Assembly (NCBI RefSeq): GCF_040362765.1
Contig: NZ_BAABWK010000001.1
Span: forward strand, 648,990 to 672,989
Direction: 5' to 3'
From: Pyruvatibacter sp. HU-CL02332
Lineage (GTDB): Bacteria > Pseudomonadota > Alphaproteobacteria > CGMCC-115125
DNA length: 24,000 bases
Shown: positions 1 through 9,925 of the stretch, piece after piece
Layout: the number at the start of each line of letters is the position of its first letter
Numbering within the stretch: the first letter of the stretch is position 1
Notes under the pieces: generated by a model
What the model saw: only the letters and a program-made list of their open reading frames with translations
Database searches by the model: none
What the model was told of the DNA's origin: nothing
Translations under genes and position numbers: made by a program

Positions 1-582
1 AACAAGCAGCGCACCCTTGGGGATACGTCCGCCAAGGCGCTGGAACTTCTGCGGGTCCTGAAGGAACTCGACGATCTCCTGCAGATCATCTTTTGCTTCA
101 TCAACACCGGCAACATCGTCAAAGGTCACACGGCCATGGCGCTCGGTCAGCAGCTTGGCTTTTGATTTACCAAAGCCCATGGCCTTGCCGCCACCGCCCT
201 GCATCTGGCGCATGAAGAAGATCCACACACCGATCAACAGCAGCATCGGGAACCAGGACACCAGCACGCTCAGCAGCGTCGGCGAGTCAGAGGAGCTCGG
301 ACGAGCTGAAATCTGCACACCGCGCTCATACAAGCGCTCGGTCACGTTGGAGTTCGGCGGTGCATAGGTGGTGAAGGCCCGGCCATCGGAGAACGACCCG
401 GTGATCTTTTCACCCTGAATGGTCACATCCGCGACAGAGCCCGCATCGGCCTCCGCGAGAAGCTCAGAGAAGGTGATGTCTGTCGTCGCACCCTGCTGGG
501 CCGGAGCCTGAAACAGGTTGAACAGCGCCACCAGCAGCAAAGCGATGATGACCCAAAGGGCGAAGTTGCGAAAATTATTCAC
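1..582 (-). CDS. ftsH: ATP-dependent zinc metalloprotease FtsH, N-terminal 194 codons; the gene continues beyond the window start
   Basis: Missing from the ORF track because it runs off the edge. The reverse-strand frame ending at nt 1 is open from GTG at 582-580. It reads [24 protein letters not shown] (TM1) ... [92 protein letters not shown]. That is the canonical FtsH N-terminus, stopping just before the Walker A motif. AAGGA lies about 10 nt upstream of the GTG. Confidence 0.93.
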   Translation of the reverse strand, partial: MNNFRNFALWVIIALLLVALFNLFQAPAQQGATTDITFSELLAEADAGSVADVTIQGEKITGSFSDGRAFTTYAPPNSNVTERLYERGVQISARPSSSDSPTLLSVLVSWFPMLLLIGVWIFFMRQMQGGGGKAMGFGKSKAKLLTERHGRVTFDDVAGVDEAKDDLQEIVEFLQDPQKFQRLGGRIPKGALLV

Positions 583-773
583 AGGATTTTGGTCCTTGTC
601 AGCGTGAAAGGGCCCAAAAAGCCCCAAACACGGCAGTTTTCTTGCTGAGTGCCAGCATATTCAAAGATAGGCAGCCAATAAAGGATTACCAGTCCTTAGA
701 CCAATTCCAAAACTGCTTAACGACCGTTAAATCTCAAGGCGTTAGCGCCTCAAAGCCCCACCAAAGTTGGGGT

Positions 774-2096
774 TTAAGCCTCGATGCCGATAGGCTTGGC
801 CGTCAGCCCTGCGCGCATTGGCCCCACAAAGGCAATTCGGTGGTTGGGAACCGCGCCATCAGGCCTGTAGCCAAGCGCAGGCACCTCAAGCAGCCTGCCC
901 TGCGCATACACGGCCGGGATGCAGGATGCTGCTGCAGACGGGACGTTGAGCACCTCAGGCCCAAGCTCGTCCCTCAGTCGACGCGCCCCCGGCACACCAA
1001 GCGCACCGATGCTCCGCGACCCACTGTCCACCTCCTTGGCGTCAGCAATGCTCACTTCAAACCTGCGGTCCCACAACAAGGGTGACACACCTTCGACAGA
1101 AACCGGCTCAGCCATGGCCCGTGCTTCGCGGAAGGCAAGCACGCCGGAGCGATGCGCAACAAAACACACACCCCCAAGCGTTGCGCCTGAGAACTCCGCG
1201 GCGCCAAGTCGGTCAAGCAGCGCTCGCGTGTGGTGCAGGCGTGGCGGATAAACACTTCCCCCAATTGCCATGACAATCCGCGAGACCGAGCGCAGACCGA
1301 TTTCCAGCGGCACATTCACCAGCCGCGTGCGATCAAACTGAGCCCAGCCGCCAACATCAAAAGTGACACACCCGGCCAGATGCGCCTGCGTCCATCCAGC
1401 CAACGCATCCCGCGCGACGGAAAGCCGCCCGGCCGTCTCCGCAAGGCGCTGTGCTGTCAGCCCTTCAGCCTCAAGCGTTGGCCTGAGTGCCCGCATACGC
1501 ACCCGCGCATGACGCTCGTCCCGATTGGAGGGGTCTTCGATAAAAGCCTGCCCACGATCTTCGAGCAGCGCCAACAGATCAGCCCTCGGCACGTCCAGCA
1601 AAGGCCTGATGACCCTGAGCCCGTCACGGGTCGTGTCAGCGGCCATGCCGGACAGCCCATCAACCCCGCTGCCGCGCGCCAACCGCAGCAAAAGCGTCTC
1701 CGCCTGATCATCCTGCGTGTGCGCGACCATCAGGGCTGCGATGTTGTTCGCCGCACACCACTGACCCATCAGGCCATAGCGAATATCTCGCGCTTCAGCC
1801 TGAATGCTAGCCACCGGTACATCGCCTTCATGGGTCAGCGTCGTGTGTGCAACACCTAGCGCTTTTGCCCATGCCGCTACCTGCTCGGCTTCGTCTTTGG
1901 CATCGGCACGCAAACCGTGGTCGACAGTCACCGCATTCACGGATCGACCGGACCTCTTAGCTTCGTCTGCAGCCAGTACAAGGAGCGCCATCGAGTCCGG
2001 ACCACCAGACACAGCTACCGCGACAGCATCCGTGCGCGACAAACCAAAGGGTGTCAGCAACGCTTCAAAATCGGGGGAATTCGGTTTTGCCGCCAT
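774..2096 (-). CDS. tilS: tRNA(Ile)-lysidine synthase
   Basis: The track ORF is 774..2114 with a TTG start. A PP-loop motif VAVSGGPDSMALL sits near the N-terminus, the length is about 440 aa, and the position between cpoB and ftsH is typical. I prefer the ATG at 2096 (MAAKPNS...), 8 nt after the cpoB stop. The TTG at 2114 would overlap cpoB by 10 nt and remains possible. Confidence 0.88.
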   Translation of the reverse strand: MAAKPNSPDFEALLTPFGLSRTDAVAVAVSGGPDSMALLVLAADEAKRSGRSVNAVTVDHGLRADAKDEAEQVAAWAKALGVAHTTLTHEGDVPVASIQAEARDIRYGLMGQWCAANNIAALMVAHTQDDQAETLLLRLARGSGVDGLSGMAADTTRDGLRVIRPLLDVPRADLLALLEDRGQAFIEDPSNRDERHARVRMRALRPTLEAEGLTAQRLAETAGRLSVARDALAGWTQAHLAGCVTFDVGGWAQFDRTRLVNVPLEIGLRSVSRIVMAIGGSVYPPRLHHTRALLDRLGAAEFSGATLGGVCFVAHRSGVLAFREARAMAEPVSVEGVSPLLWDRRFEVSIADAKEVDSGSRSIGALGVPGARRLRDELGPEVLNVPSAAASCIPAVYAQGRLLEVPALGYRPDGAVPNHRIAFVGPMRAGLTAKPIGIEA

Positions 2097-2104
2097 GGGC
2101 GTGC

Positions 2105-3109
2105 CTAGACGCAACCAGCGCGGCTGCGTTCCTGCTCAGCCCGCGCCTTCACGCTTTGCGGCGCACTTGGAAATGTACGTGGCACTTCAGCCAGCGTCAG
2201 GCAGGCGTCTTGGGTTTGGCCAAGTGCAGCAAGGGTAATGCCCAGCTTCAGCAGACTGTCCGGTGCTTTGGGGCTGGAGGCATAGGTCTGATAGCCGGTG
2301 AGAAATGCCCGCGCCGCATCCTGATACTGCTCGCGCACATAATAGGTTTCCCCCAGCCAGTACTGGGCATTGCCCGCAAGACTGGTGTCGCCATAGGCCT
2401 CAAGGAACTGGGTGAAAGCCGCCTCAGCGGAGGGATAGTCACCCTGGCGCAAAAAGCTCATGGCATATTTGTACGCCACATCGGGCCCACCGTCCGGCAG
2501 ACCGGCAGTGGTTGCAGACGACAAAGCCCTTGGAGCCGACGACGGCGGCGTAAGCTGCGGCGCTGGTGACGCAACACCGCCAAGCGTGCCGATGGAGGCC
2601 TGCTGCGCGGCTGAGAGTGGCTTTTCCGTTGGTGTCGGTGCGCTGCTTGCCAAAGGTGCCGGGGCACCAGTTGTGGCATTGGACGCGGATGGCCGCTGAC
2701 CACCTCCCGTCCCTTCAAGGTCGCGCAATCGGAAATCTGTGTCCGCTGCGAAATTCTCAAGCTTCTGGTTGGCCTGCCGCAATTCGAACTGAAGCCGCTC
2801 AACCTGCCCCGTCATGTCACGAAGAGACGTTTCGATCTGATCAAGCCGCAGCGAAAGACGCGCGGCATCCGTTGCACCGATGTCGGCTGCAGGCGCAGGC
2901 GCGCCGAGCTGCGCCGGGGCACCGCCCTGATAAACGTTGCGCTGAACATCCTGAAGATCCCGCTCCAGCCGAAGCAGCCGGTCATAGAGCGCGCGTGTAT
3001 CCGTCACGGACTGCTGAGCCTGTGCTGGCAACGGCAGGCTCACAGCAACAACACCGACCCCCACAAGGAGCGATGGCAGAACAGCGAGTGCAAATTTCAG
3101 CTTGGGCAT
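2105..3109 (-). CDS. cpoB: Tol-Pal associated periplasmic protein CpoB/YbgF (coiled coil plus TPR)
   Basis: The signal peptide is MPKLKFALAVLPSLLVGVGVVAVSLPLPAQAQ. It is followed by an N-terminal coiled coil (LRLDQIETSLRDMTGQVERLQFELRQANQKLENF) and an Ala/Pro/Ser linker. The C-terminus is a TPR block (YKYAMSFLRQGDYPSAEAAFTQFLEAYGDTSLAGNAQYWLGETYYVREQYQDAARAF). The gene lies directly downstream of pal. Confidence 0.88.
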   Translation of the reverse strand: MPKLKFALAVLPSLLVGVGVVAVSLPLPAQAQQSVTDTRALYDRLLRLERDLQDVQRNVYQGGAPAQLGAPAPAADIGATDAARLSLRLDQIETSLRDMTGQVERLQFELRQANQKLENFAADTDFRLRDLEGTGGGQRPSASNATTGAPAPLASSAPTPTEKPLSAAQQASIGTLGGVASPAPQLTPPSSAPRALSSATTAGLPDGGPDVAYKYAMSFLRQGDYPSAEAAFTQFLEAYGDTSLAGNAQYWLGETYYVREQYQDAARAFLTGYQTYASSPKAPDSLLKLGITLAALGQTQDACLTLAEVPRTFPSAPQSVKARAEQERSRAGCV

Positions 3110-3255
3110 GGTTAGTCCAGATTGGGTCAGTCCAGTTTGACGATGTCTCGTGAAAGCAAATCACTCCACAAGGTAGGCAAAATTGAGGCTTGGAACCAAA
3201 GCCTTAAGCACCGTTTGGTCAAAAAAGTGACCAGAAGCCTCATATCACACAGGCG

Positions 3256-3296
3256 GAATCAAAAAGGGCGCACATCCCACAAGGATATGCGCCCTT
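3256..3296 (-). terminator. Rho-independent terminator downstream of pal
   Basis: On the minus strand the sequence is AAGGGCGCATATCC-TTGTG-GGATGTGCGCCCTT, a 13-bp stem with one mismatch and a 5-nt loop. It is followed immediately by TTTGATT, which together with the stem's last two T's gives a run of five T's, and starts 26 nt after the pal stop. Confidence 0.8.
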
Positions 3297-3321
3297 CAAG
3301 AAACAGCGTAGCTGGAAGGCT

Positions 3322-3873
3322 TTAGGAGCCTGCGCCCCGCGTCACGACGGTGACACCGCGACGGTTCTGCGCCCAGCAGCTTTCGTCAGAGCAAAGCGCC
3401 ACAGGACGCTCCTTGCCGTATGAAATGGTGCGCACACGCGATGGCTGGACGCCAAGGCTTACCAGATAGTCCTTGGCTGAGTTTGCACGGCGCGCGCCCA
3501 GTGCAAGGTTATATTCACGGGTACCGCGCTCATCAGCATGACCTTCAAGGGTCACAGCCACAGCCGGGTACTGGTTCATCCATGCCGCCTGACGCTGAAG
3601 CGTCGCGCGGGCATCTGCCCGCAGCGAAGACTGGTCCGTGTCAAAGAACACACGGTCACCAACATTGACCACAAGGTCCTGCTGGGTGCCAGGTGTCGGG
3701 CCCGAAGGAGCCGGAGCCGTCGGTGCCGTTGTTGTGCGTACCGGTGCCTGTTCTGGATCAGAGCTACACGCCACAAGTGCCAGCGCTGCAAAACCTGCCA
3801 GCGCCATCTTGACGGCACGACCTGAAAACTCTCCGAAAGTCATTGTCCGTGAACGGATCAACGTTGCGGTCAT
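3322..3873 (-). CDS. pal: Peptidoglycan-associated lipoprotein Pal (OmpA family)
   Basis: The track ORF extends to 3999, but its first 42 codons are not protein-like. The ATG at 3873 has AGGAGA 9 nt upstream and gives MTATLIRSRTMTFGEFSGRAVKMALAGFAALALVAC-SS, with an LVAC lipobox. The C-terminal OmpA-like domain carries the canonical motif GHADERGTREYNLALGARRANSAKDYL. The ATG at 3843 is an alternative start. Confidence 0.9.
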   Translation of the reverse strand: MTATLIRSRTMTFGEFSGRAVKMALAGFAALALVACSSDPEQAPVRTTTAPTAPAPSGPTPGTQQDLVVNVGDRVFFDTDQSSLRADARATLQRQAAWMNQYPAVAVTLEGHADERGTREYNLALGARRANSAKDYLVSLGVQPSRVRTISYGKERPVALCSDESCWAQNRRGVTVVTRGAGS

Positions 3874-4162
3874 ATTAAAAAATCTCCTGCCTTCACGGAC
3901 CTTGAAAAGGCCCCCAAATAATGTTGCACCCCGGAACCGCACACCCAAGAAAACACCACAAAAAGTGCTCGAATTTGTACGCGTCCCAATTCTCTTCAAA
4001 CCGCCAGTTTGCCGTTGTGCTCCATCACCTTCTAACCACTCGGTGACTTTTCCAACGGAATATGACGGTTACCCGCGAAACTCAGTCCTTACATGGAATG
4101 ATGGCCCCGCGGGCATCTTGACGTTTTCTTGGATCCCCAGATGGACGTTATCCGCAAGAACC

Positions 4163-5503
4163 CTAGCGGATCAAGGGAGACCAGGCCGGGTCAGACCCGA
4201 ATCCTGGTGTCACAACCTGCCGTTCGTTGTAGCCGGTCAGGTCCACTGACCACAGGCTGGGCCCACCACGGACCCCCGGTGTTTCCCTGAAAAACATGAG
4301 AACCCGGCCATTTGGCGCCCATGTGGGCCCCTCATTATGATAGCCCTCGGTCAGAATTCGCTCGCCGGTTCCGTCCGGACGCATGACGCCAATCAGGAAT
4401 CGACCTTTGTATTGTTTGGTAAACGCGATCATATCTCCGCGAGGTGACCAGACCGGCGTCGAGTACCGCCCTTCGCCAAAGCTGATACGGCGCACACCTG
4501 AGCCGTTGGAGTTCATCACGTAAATCTGCTGGGTGCCGCCCCGGTCGCTTTCAAAGGCGATTTCCCGCCCGGCAGGGCCATAGGTTGGCGACGTATCAAT
4601 CGACGGCGAATTGGTTAACCGCCGCGTACCCCGAGTCCGCAAATCCAGCTCATAGATATTGGCGTTGCCGCCCCGCTGCAGGCTCATGATGACCTTGTCG
4701 CCATCCGGCGAGAAGCGCGGCGCAAAAGTCATGCCCGGAAACTCGCCGACAACTTCCTGCTGACGTGTCTCGATGTTGAAGAGATACACCCGTGGGCTGC
4801 CACCCGCATAAGACAGGTATGTGATTTCCTGATTGGTGGGAGAGAAGCGCGGTGTCAGCACCAGCGCGCCCCCATTGGTCAGGAAGCGCGGGTTGTGCCC
4901 GTCCTGGTCCATGAGCGCCAGACGCTTGACGCGCTGACCCTTGGTACCCGTCTCCGACACGAACACAATCCGCGTATCAAAATACCCGGTCTCGCCGGTC
5001 AGACGCTCATAAATCGCATCTGAAATAATGTGCGACACCCGCCGCCAGTTGTCTGGCTTGGTGAAGTACTGCAGGCCGATGAGCTGCTCTTCGCCGAACA
5101 CATCCCACAGACGAAACTCTACCCGCAGACGGCCATCCGGCTCCTGCGTCACAGAGCCCGTCAAAAGCGCCTGTGCATCAATAATGCGCCAGTCACCAAA
5201 GCGCGGCGCACTGTTGGGGTCCGTAATTTTCTCGATAAAGGCTGCTTCGCTCAGGGGACGGAACAATCCTGACCGCTCAAGATTGCTGCGGATCACCCCG
5301 GCCATCTTGTCGCCGGTTTCACCAGCGGCAGCATCACTGCCAACAAAGTCGGTGACGGCCAGCGGCAGGGGTTCAATCGTGCCCTGGGTAATATCAATGC
5401 GCAGTTGCGCAAGAGCAGCGCCCGGCATCAGCAGGGCAACTGCCGCGAGCACAGGCACCCATTTCGTCAAACGACCCGCCAGAATTTGCTTAAACCCGTG
5501 CAT
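4163..5503 (-). CDS. tolB: Tol-Pal system periplasmic beta-propeller protein TolB
   Basis: The track ORF is 4163..5509 with a TTG start. The ATG at 5503 ([33 protein letters not shown], a signal peptide) has GGAGA 10 nt upstream. The protein has a TolB N-terminal domain followed by repeated PxFSPDG / P.WSP propeller blades ([56 protein letters not shown]). Confidence 0.93.
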   Translation of the reverse strand: MHGFKQILAGRLTKWVPVLAAVALLMPGAALAQLRIDITQGTIEPLPLAVTDFVGSDAAAGETGDKMAGVIRSNLERSGLFRPLSEAAFIEKITDPNSAPRFGDWRIIDAQALLTGSVTQEPDGRLRVEFRLWDVFGEEQLIGLQYFTKPDNWRRVSHIISDAIYERLTGETGYFDTRIVFVSETGTKGQRVKRLALMDQDGHNPRFLTNGGALVLTPRFSPTNQEITYLSYAGGSPRVYLFNIETRQQEVVGEFPGMTFAPRFSPDGDKVIMSLQRGGNANIYELDLRTRGTRRLTNSPSIDTSPTYGPAGREIAFESDRGGTQQIYVMNSNGSGVRRISFGEGRYSTPVWSPRGDMIAFTKQYKGRFLIGVMRPDGTGERILTEGYHNEGPTWAPNGRVLMFFRETPGVRGGPSLWSVDLTGYNERQVVTPGFGSDPAWSPLIR

Positions 5504-5533
5504 TCCCAAAGCCTCTCCTAGCCTTCAACCCGT

Positions 5534-6412
5534 TTAACGACCCAGCATCTGACTGGGATCGAACCTCAACTCTATCTCACGCCAGGATGAATATTTTTCC
5601 ACCGGCAACCGATAGGGTGCACACCGACGCACTGCCCGCAAGGCCGCTTCCTGAGCCGCCTGCTGATAGGAAGAGAGCACAAAGTTGCTGCCCTTCACTT
5701 GCGGAGGGCGCGATAATGATCCGTCCCTGTTCAGCCATATGTTCATGGTGACAACCAAATCAGCCGCATTTGTGGCACCGACAGGGGGTGACCAGCACGC
5801 GCTGATCTGCTGACGCATGAAATCCAGTTCCGAAATCGTCAATGATGTCCGTGCCCCAATGCGTGACTGCTGAGGCGGCTGTGTCGGCGCTGGTTGTGCA
5901 GGCGCGGGCTGGCGCTCCTCGGGAAGCTTGTCCAGAAGGGCTGCAATACGGCCTGCATCAAAGGATGGTTTCTGCTGCACCGGCCGCTTTGGCGGCGTCG
6001 GACGCAAGCGAGGTGCTGGCGGCTGCGGCGGTGCCACGTTCACCTTTTCCTGTGGCTCAGGCTCGGGTTCAGGTTCTGGTGCCGGGGCTGGCTCGGGCTC
6101 CGGAGTTGGCGGCGGAGGTGTTGGCTCTGCCGGGGGCGGTGTTGGGGCCGGCGGTGTGGGCTCGGCAACCGGCTGAGGTTCAGGCTCCGGCGCTTCTTGC
6201 GGCTCTGGCTCGGGTTCAGGTTCCGGCGGCGCGGGCTCTGCTTCCGGCTCCGGCGCGCGGGTCACGCGCGTGTATTCATCAATCTCGAGAATTTCGATCG
6301 GGATGGCCGTTGCGATTTCTACCGGCTCGAGTTTGGGCGCGGGCAGGCCCACGATCGCAACCGCAATGATTGCAACGTGCAGCAGGACGGAGAGGGGAAC
6401 ACCGCCGCGCAT
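5534..6412 (-). CDS. tolA: Cell envelope integrity protein TolA (TM anchor, Pro/Glu-rich linker, TolA/TonB-like C-terminal domain)
   Basis: It has a single N-terminal TM (VPLSVLLHVAIIAVAIVGL), a linker of about 100 aa rich in EP, AP and TP, and a C-terminal globular domain (ISACWSPP...VVTMNIWLNRDGSL...). It sits between tolR and tolB. Confidence 0.82.
   Translation of the reverse strand: MRGGVPLSVLLHVAIIAVAIVGLPAPKLEPVEIATAIPIEILEIDEYTRVTRAPEPEAEPAPPEPEPEPEPQEAPEPEPQPVAEPTPPAPTPPPAEPTPPPPTPEPEPAPAPEPEPEPEPQEKVNVAPPQPPAPRLRPTPPKRPVQQKPSFDAGRIAALLDKLPEERQPAPAQPAPTQPPQQSRIGARTSLTISELDFMRQQISACWSPPVGATNAADLVVTMNIWLNRDGSLSRPPQVKGSNFVLSSYQQAAQEAALRAVRRCAPYRLPVEKYSSWREIELRFDPSQMLGR
5963..6256 (-). 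repeat. Low-complexity Pro/Glu/Ala/Thr-rich linker of TolA encoded by imperfect GC-rich repeats
   Basis: The protein reads APEPEAEPAPPEPEPEPEPQEAPEPEPQ...TPEPEPAPAPEPEPEPEPQE. At the DNA level, two 23-nt copies differing at one base lie at 6054-6076 (GGCTCAGGCTCGGGTTCAGGTTC) and 6201-6223 (GGCTCTGGCTCGGGTTCAGGTTC). Confidence 0.7.
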
Positions 6413-6421
6413 TCTTAATCG

Positions 6422-6889
6422 CTATCCTTCGTCGGCGGCGTCGGGGCCGCCTTGCTCGGTCACCATGCCAATGCGCCGGAACCCGGCGGACGACAAAGTG
6501 CCCATGACATTCATGATCGTGCCGTAATCAACAGATCGATCGCCGCGCACATAGACGCGCTCGTCATACCCACCTTCGGCAATCGCCAGCAGCCGGGCAG
6601 ACAATTCAGGAAGCTCAACAACCGTCTCCTGCAGATAGACTTCACCTTCCGCATTCACAGTCACTGTCAGCGGCTCATCATCTTCCTGTAATGGCTGCGA
6701 GCTTGTCTGCGGCAGGTCAATCGGCACACCCACCGTTAGCAAGGGGGCTGCCACCATGAACACGATCAGCAACACCAGCATCACATCCACAAAGGGCGTG
6801 ACGTTGATTTCGCTCATCGGCGCGCGGGACCGGCGACCACGGCGGCGACCGCCCCCTGAGCCACCATTGGGCATAAGACCACCGGCCAT
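6422..6889 (-). CDS. tolR: Tol-Pal system protein TolR (ExbD/TolR family)
   Basis: The length is 155 aa. The family-typical N-terminus INVTPFVDVMLVLLIVFMV includes the conserved TM Asp, followed by a periplasmic domain. The start lies 2 nt after the tolQ stop. Confidence 0.9.
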   Translation of the reverse strand: MAGGLMPNGGSGGGRRRGRRSRAPMSEINVTPFVDVMLVLLIVFMVAAPLLTVGVPIDLPQTSSQPLQEDDEPLTVTVNAEGEVYLQETVVELPELSARLLAIAEGGYDERVYVRGDRSVDYGTIMNVMGTLSSAGFRRIGMVTEQGGPDAADEG

Positions 6890-6891
6890 GA

Positions 6892-7611
<720 letters not shown>

Positions 7612-7782
7612 CGTCGAAACTTCCTACGTCATGTCTAAGCGCTTCGGCGAAAGCGGCACATTAACCCGGCATCCGGGACAACGGCATTGCCGCCTGTCCC
7701 GCCTTGTCCTGTGTTTTTGTGTCGAAACTGCGGCGCGGACGCCCCGCAAAAAGAGCCGAAATCTGGTTGAAGTCAAAAGGTA

Positions 7783-8241
7783 TCAGGCAACATAAGGGGC
7801 AAGCGCGTCTCGCACAAATGCCGGAATTCTGCGGGCGCGGCCCTTCCCGTCCAGCACCGCAATTTCCACTTCCGCTTCAAACAGCTGCGTCTCGCCCCGC
7901 CACACCGTCTGGCTGGCCCGAATGCGCGCCCCGCGCACCTCCGTAAACTGCGTGCGCACCTCTAAAGCATCGTCCAGACGCGCCGGCGCGATGAAACGAA
8001 TGTTCATCTGGCGAACGGCAAAGGCGGTGGAATCCTCCGCATCCATCATGGTGCGGTGATCAAGACCCGCACAGCGCAGCACATCCGTGCGGCCTCGCTC
8101 CACAAATCGCAGATAGTTGGCGTGATACACAATGCCAGACGCATCCGTGTCTTCGTAATAGACGCGAACCGGCATGATGTGCAGCCCGTCAGCGCTCAGG
8201 GTCCCTGCCGGTCCCAGCGCATCATCCCCGGTGTCACTCAT
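7783..8241 (-). CDS. ybgC: Tol-Pal associated acyl-CoA thioesterase YbgC (4HBT hotdog fold)
   Basis: The motif [32 protein letters not shown] is typical of YbgC/4HBT thioesterases. I take the ATG at 8241 (MSDTGDD...), which overlaps the ruvB stop as ATGAGTGA. The track start at 8271 adds 10 unlikely residues. Confidence 0.85.
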   Translation of the reverse strand: MSDTGDDALGPAGTLSADGLHIMPVRVYYEDTDASGIVYHANYLRFVERGRTDVLRCAGLDHRTMMDAEDSTAFAVRQMNIRFIAPARLDDALEVRTQFTEVRGARIRASQTVWRGETQLFEAEVEIAVLDGKGRARRIPAFVRDALAPYVA

Positions 8242-9268
8242 CTTCAAACAACCGAGTCTGCACACCTTCAAACAAGGCAGGGATCGTCAGCCCCAGATGT
8301 TCAAAGGCCGCCCCCGTCAGCAATCGCCCGCGCGGTGTGCGCTGAACAAAGCCCTGCTGAATGAGATAGGGCTCGATCAATTCTTCAATCGCATCACGCG
8401 CTTCCGACAGCGCAGCTGCAATGGTCTCAACCCCAACAGGACCCCCGCCAAACTTGAGCGCCACCGTCCGCAGATAGCGATGATCAAGACTGTCGAGCCC
8501 GCGATTGTCGACTTCCAGCCGGTTGAGCGCCTTGTCCGCCACATCAGCGTCAATTTCAGCGACACCACCCACCGATGCAAAATCACGCACGCGGCGAAGC
8601 AGCCGACCCGCCACACGCGGCGTCCCCCGCGAGCGTCGGGCAATCTCCATCGCCCCCTCAGACGTCAGCGGCGCGTCCAGAATGGTCGCGGCACGGCTGA
8701 CGATCTTCTCCAGCTCTTCATTGGTATAAAACTCAAGCCGCACGGGAATGCCGAAACGATCCCGCAGGGGTGTGGTCAGCAGTCCCGCCCGCGTGGTTGC
8801 CCCGACAAGGGTGAACTGGGCCAGATCGATCTTCACAGACCGCGCCGCCGGCCCCTCACCAATGATGAGATCGAGCTCAAAATCCTCCATCGCCGGGTAG
8901 AGGATTTCTTCCACCGCTGGAGACAGTCGATGAATTTCATCGATAAACAGAACGTCACGCGGCTCAAGATTCGTCAGCAACGCAGCCAGATCACCCGCCT
9001 TGGCGATCACCGGCCCGGACGTGGACCTGAAGTTGACCCCAAGCTCGCGCGACACGATCTGCGCCATGGTGGTTTTGCCAAGGCCCGGTGGTCCTGACAG
9101 CAGCACATGGTCCATCGCTTCGTTGCGCGACTTCGCAGCCTGAATGAAAACGCTCAGATTTTCCTTTGCCCGCGCCTGCCCGACAAACGCATCAAGCGCT
9201 GTGGGACGGATGCCTTGCTCGGCCCCATCTTCAGCACTGAAGTCAGCATGTACGACGCGATCAGACAT
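8234..9268 (-). CDS. ruvB: Holliday junction branch migration ATPase RuvB
   Basis: The length is 344 aa. It has Walker A ([12 protein letters not shown]), Walker B ([10 protein letters not shown]) and the RuvB-specific stretch [36 protein letters not shown]. Confidence 0.96.
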   Translation of the reverse strand: MSDRVVHADFSAEDGAEQGIRPTALDAFVGQARAKENLSVFIQAAKSRNEAMDHVLLSGPPGLGKTTMAQIVSRELGVNFRSTSGPVIAKAGDLAALLTNLEPRDVLFIDEIHRLSPAVEEILYPAMEDFELDLIIGEGPAARSVKIDLAQFTLVGATTRAGLLTTPLRDRFGIPVRLEFYTNEELEKIVSRAATILDAPLTSEGAMEIARRSRGTPRVAGRLLRRVRDFASVGGVAEIDADVADKALNRLEVDNRGLDSLDHRYLRTVALKFGGGPVGVETIAAALSEARDAIEELIEPYLIQQGFVQRTPRGRLLTGAAFEHLGLTIPALFEGVQTRLFEDE

Positions 9269-9304
9269 GTGAGTCCCAAACTACTTGAATGAGGAGCGCA
9301 TTCA

Positions 9305-9925
9305 TCATGACGCCAGTTCCTTGAGCCCAACACGGATCAGCTGTTCCGCCCCGGGCACATCATCACCAGCCTTTGCAACAGCACGCGACACCGCCTGAGC
9401 GGCCTGTGCCTGAGCATAGCCCAGATTGACCAGCGCCGAGATGGCATCCGCTTCAGCACTGTGCGCCGGCACCTCGCCCACTTCCTTGCCCGGCACAGGC
9501 TCCTTGCCGGCCATGGCCAGGGACGCAGGCACCTTGTCCTTGAGTTCAGAAATAATCCGCTCGCCCACCTTGGGACCAACCCCCTGCGCTGTCGCAATCG
9601 CCTTCGCATCCTTGAACGCGATGGCCCGCGCCAGCGACTGCGGGTCCAACACGGACAGGATGGCCAGCGCCGCCTTGGCACCAACCCGTTGAACGCTCAA
9701 GAGCAGCCGGAACCATTCACGTTCGGCTTCTGTTGAAAAACCAAAAAGCCGAAGCTGGTCTTCACGCACATAGGTTTCGATATGCAGCACGGTTGCGTCG
9801 CCCGGACCGCCAATCTGGCGCAACGTGGTCGCAGAACACGACGTGAGATAGCAAACGCCATTCACATCTATCAGCGCCCAGTCGAGACCCGTCTCGTCCA
9901 CAATGCCCTTGAGTTTGCCGATCAT
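9305..9925 (-). CDS. ruvA: Holliday junction DNA-binding protein RuvA
   Basis: The length is 206 aa. The N-terminus MIGKLKGIVDETGLDWALIDVNGVCY is an OB fold, followed by the HhH region FRLLLSVQRVGAKAALAILS ... AQGVGPKVGERII. It overlaps ruvC by 4 nt (ATGA). Confidence 0.94.
   Translation of the reverse strand: MIGKLKGIVDETGLDWALIDVNGVCYLTSCSATTLRQIGGPGDATVLHIETYVREDQLRLFGFSTEAEREWFRLLLSVQRVGAKAALAILSVLDPQSLARAIAFKDAKAIATAQGVGPKVGERIISELKDKVPASLAMAGKEPVPGKEVGEVPAHSAEADAISALVNLGYAQAQAAQAVSRAVAKAGDDVPGAEQLIRVGLKELAS

Noticed and set aside
717-730. TTAA-cgaccg-TTAA upstream of ftsH, which resembles a CtrA box.
   Set aside because: The spacer is 6 nt, whereas the established CtrA consensus is TTAA-N7-TTAA. 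It is a single occurrence with no other support.
3114-3138. Repeated AGTCCAG(A/T)TTG motif, two copies 14 nt apart, immediately upstream of the cpoB start.
   Set aside because: The repeat is short and imperfect and could be chance. No known motif is recognised. It is mentioned only for completeness.
3874-3999. N-terminal extensions suggested by the longest-ORF track for pal (to 3999), pgk (from 17173), efp (from 20332), the OmpA-like gene (from 21664), ybgC (to 8271) and tolB (to 5509).
   Set aside because: The extensions overlap upstream genes or are not protein-like. Internal ATGs with good SD spacing give N-termini matching the families: lipobox, MSEKSF.., MKINGNEI.., and a signal peptide.
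5963-6256. The (EP)n, AP and TP repeat tract in tolA, considered as a possible novel repeat or contingency locus.
   Set aside because: Pro-rich extended linkers are the normal domain II of TolA/TonB-type proteins. The DNA repeats are imperfect and in frame. Nothing suggests phase variation.
8174-9097. Long ORFs antisense to, or overlapping, well-supported genes. Examples are 8174..9097 (+, 307 aa, opposite ruvB), 10545..11225 (+, opposite yebC), 11958..12734 (+), 1230..1859 (+), 14278..15057 (-, opposite tkt) and 20422..21087 (-, opposite efp).
   Set aside because: Their translations are Arg/Pro/Gly/His-rich with no recognisable motifs. Each lies opposite a gene with textbook motifs. Long stop-free shadow frames are expected in GC-rich DNA.
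9286-9304. Hairpin TGAATG-aggagcg-CATTCA directly after the ruvA stop, in the 36-bp ruvA-ruvB spacer.
   Set aside because: The stem is only 6 bp and AT-rich, with no U-tract. ruvA and ruvB are expected to be co-transcribed. The evidence for a regulatory role is too weak.
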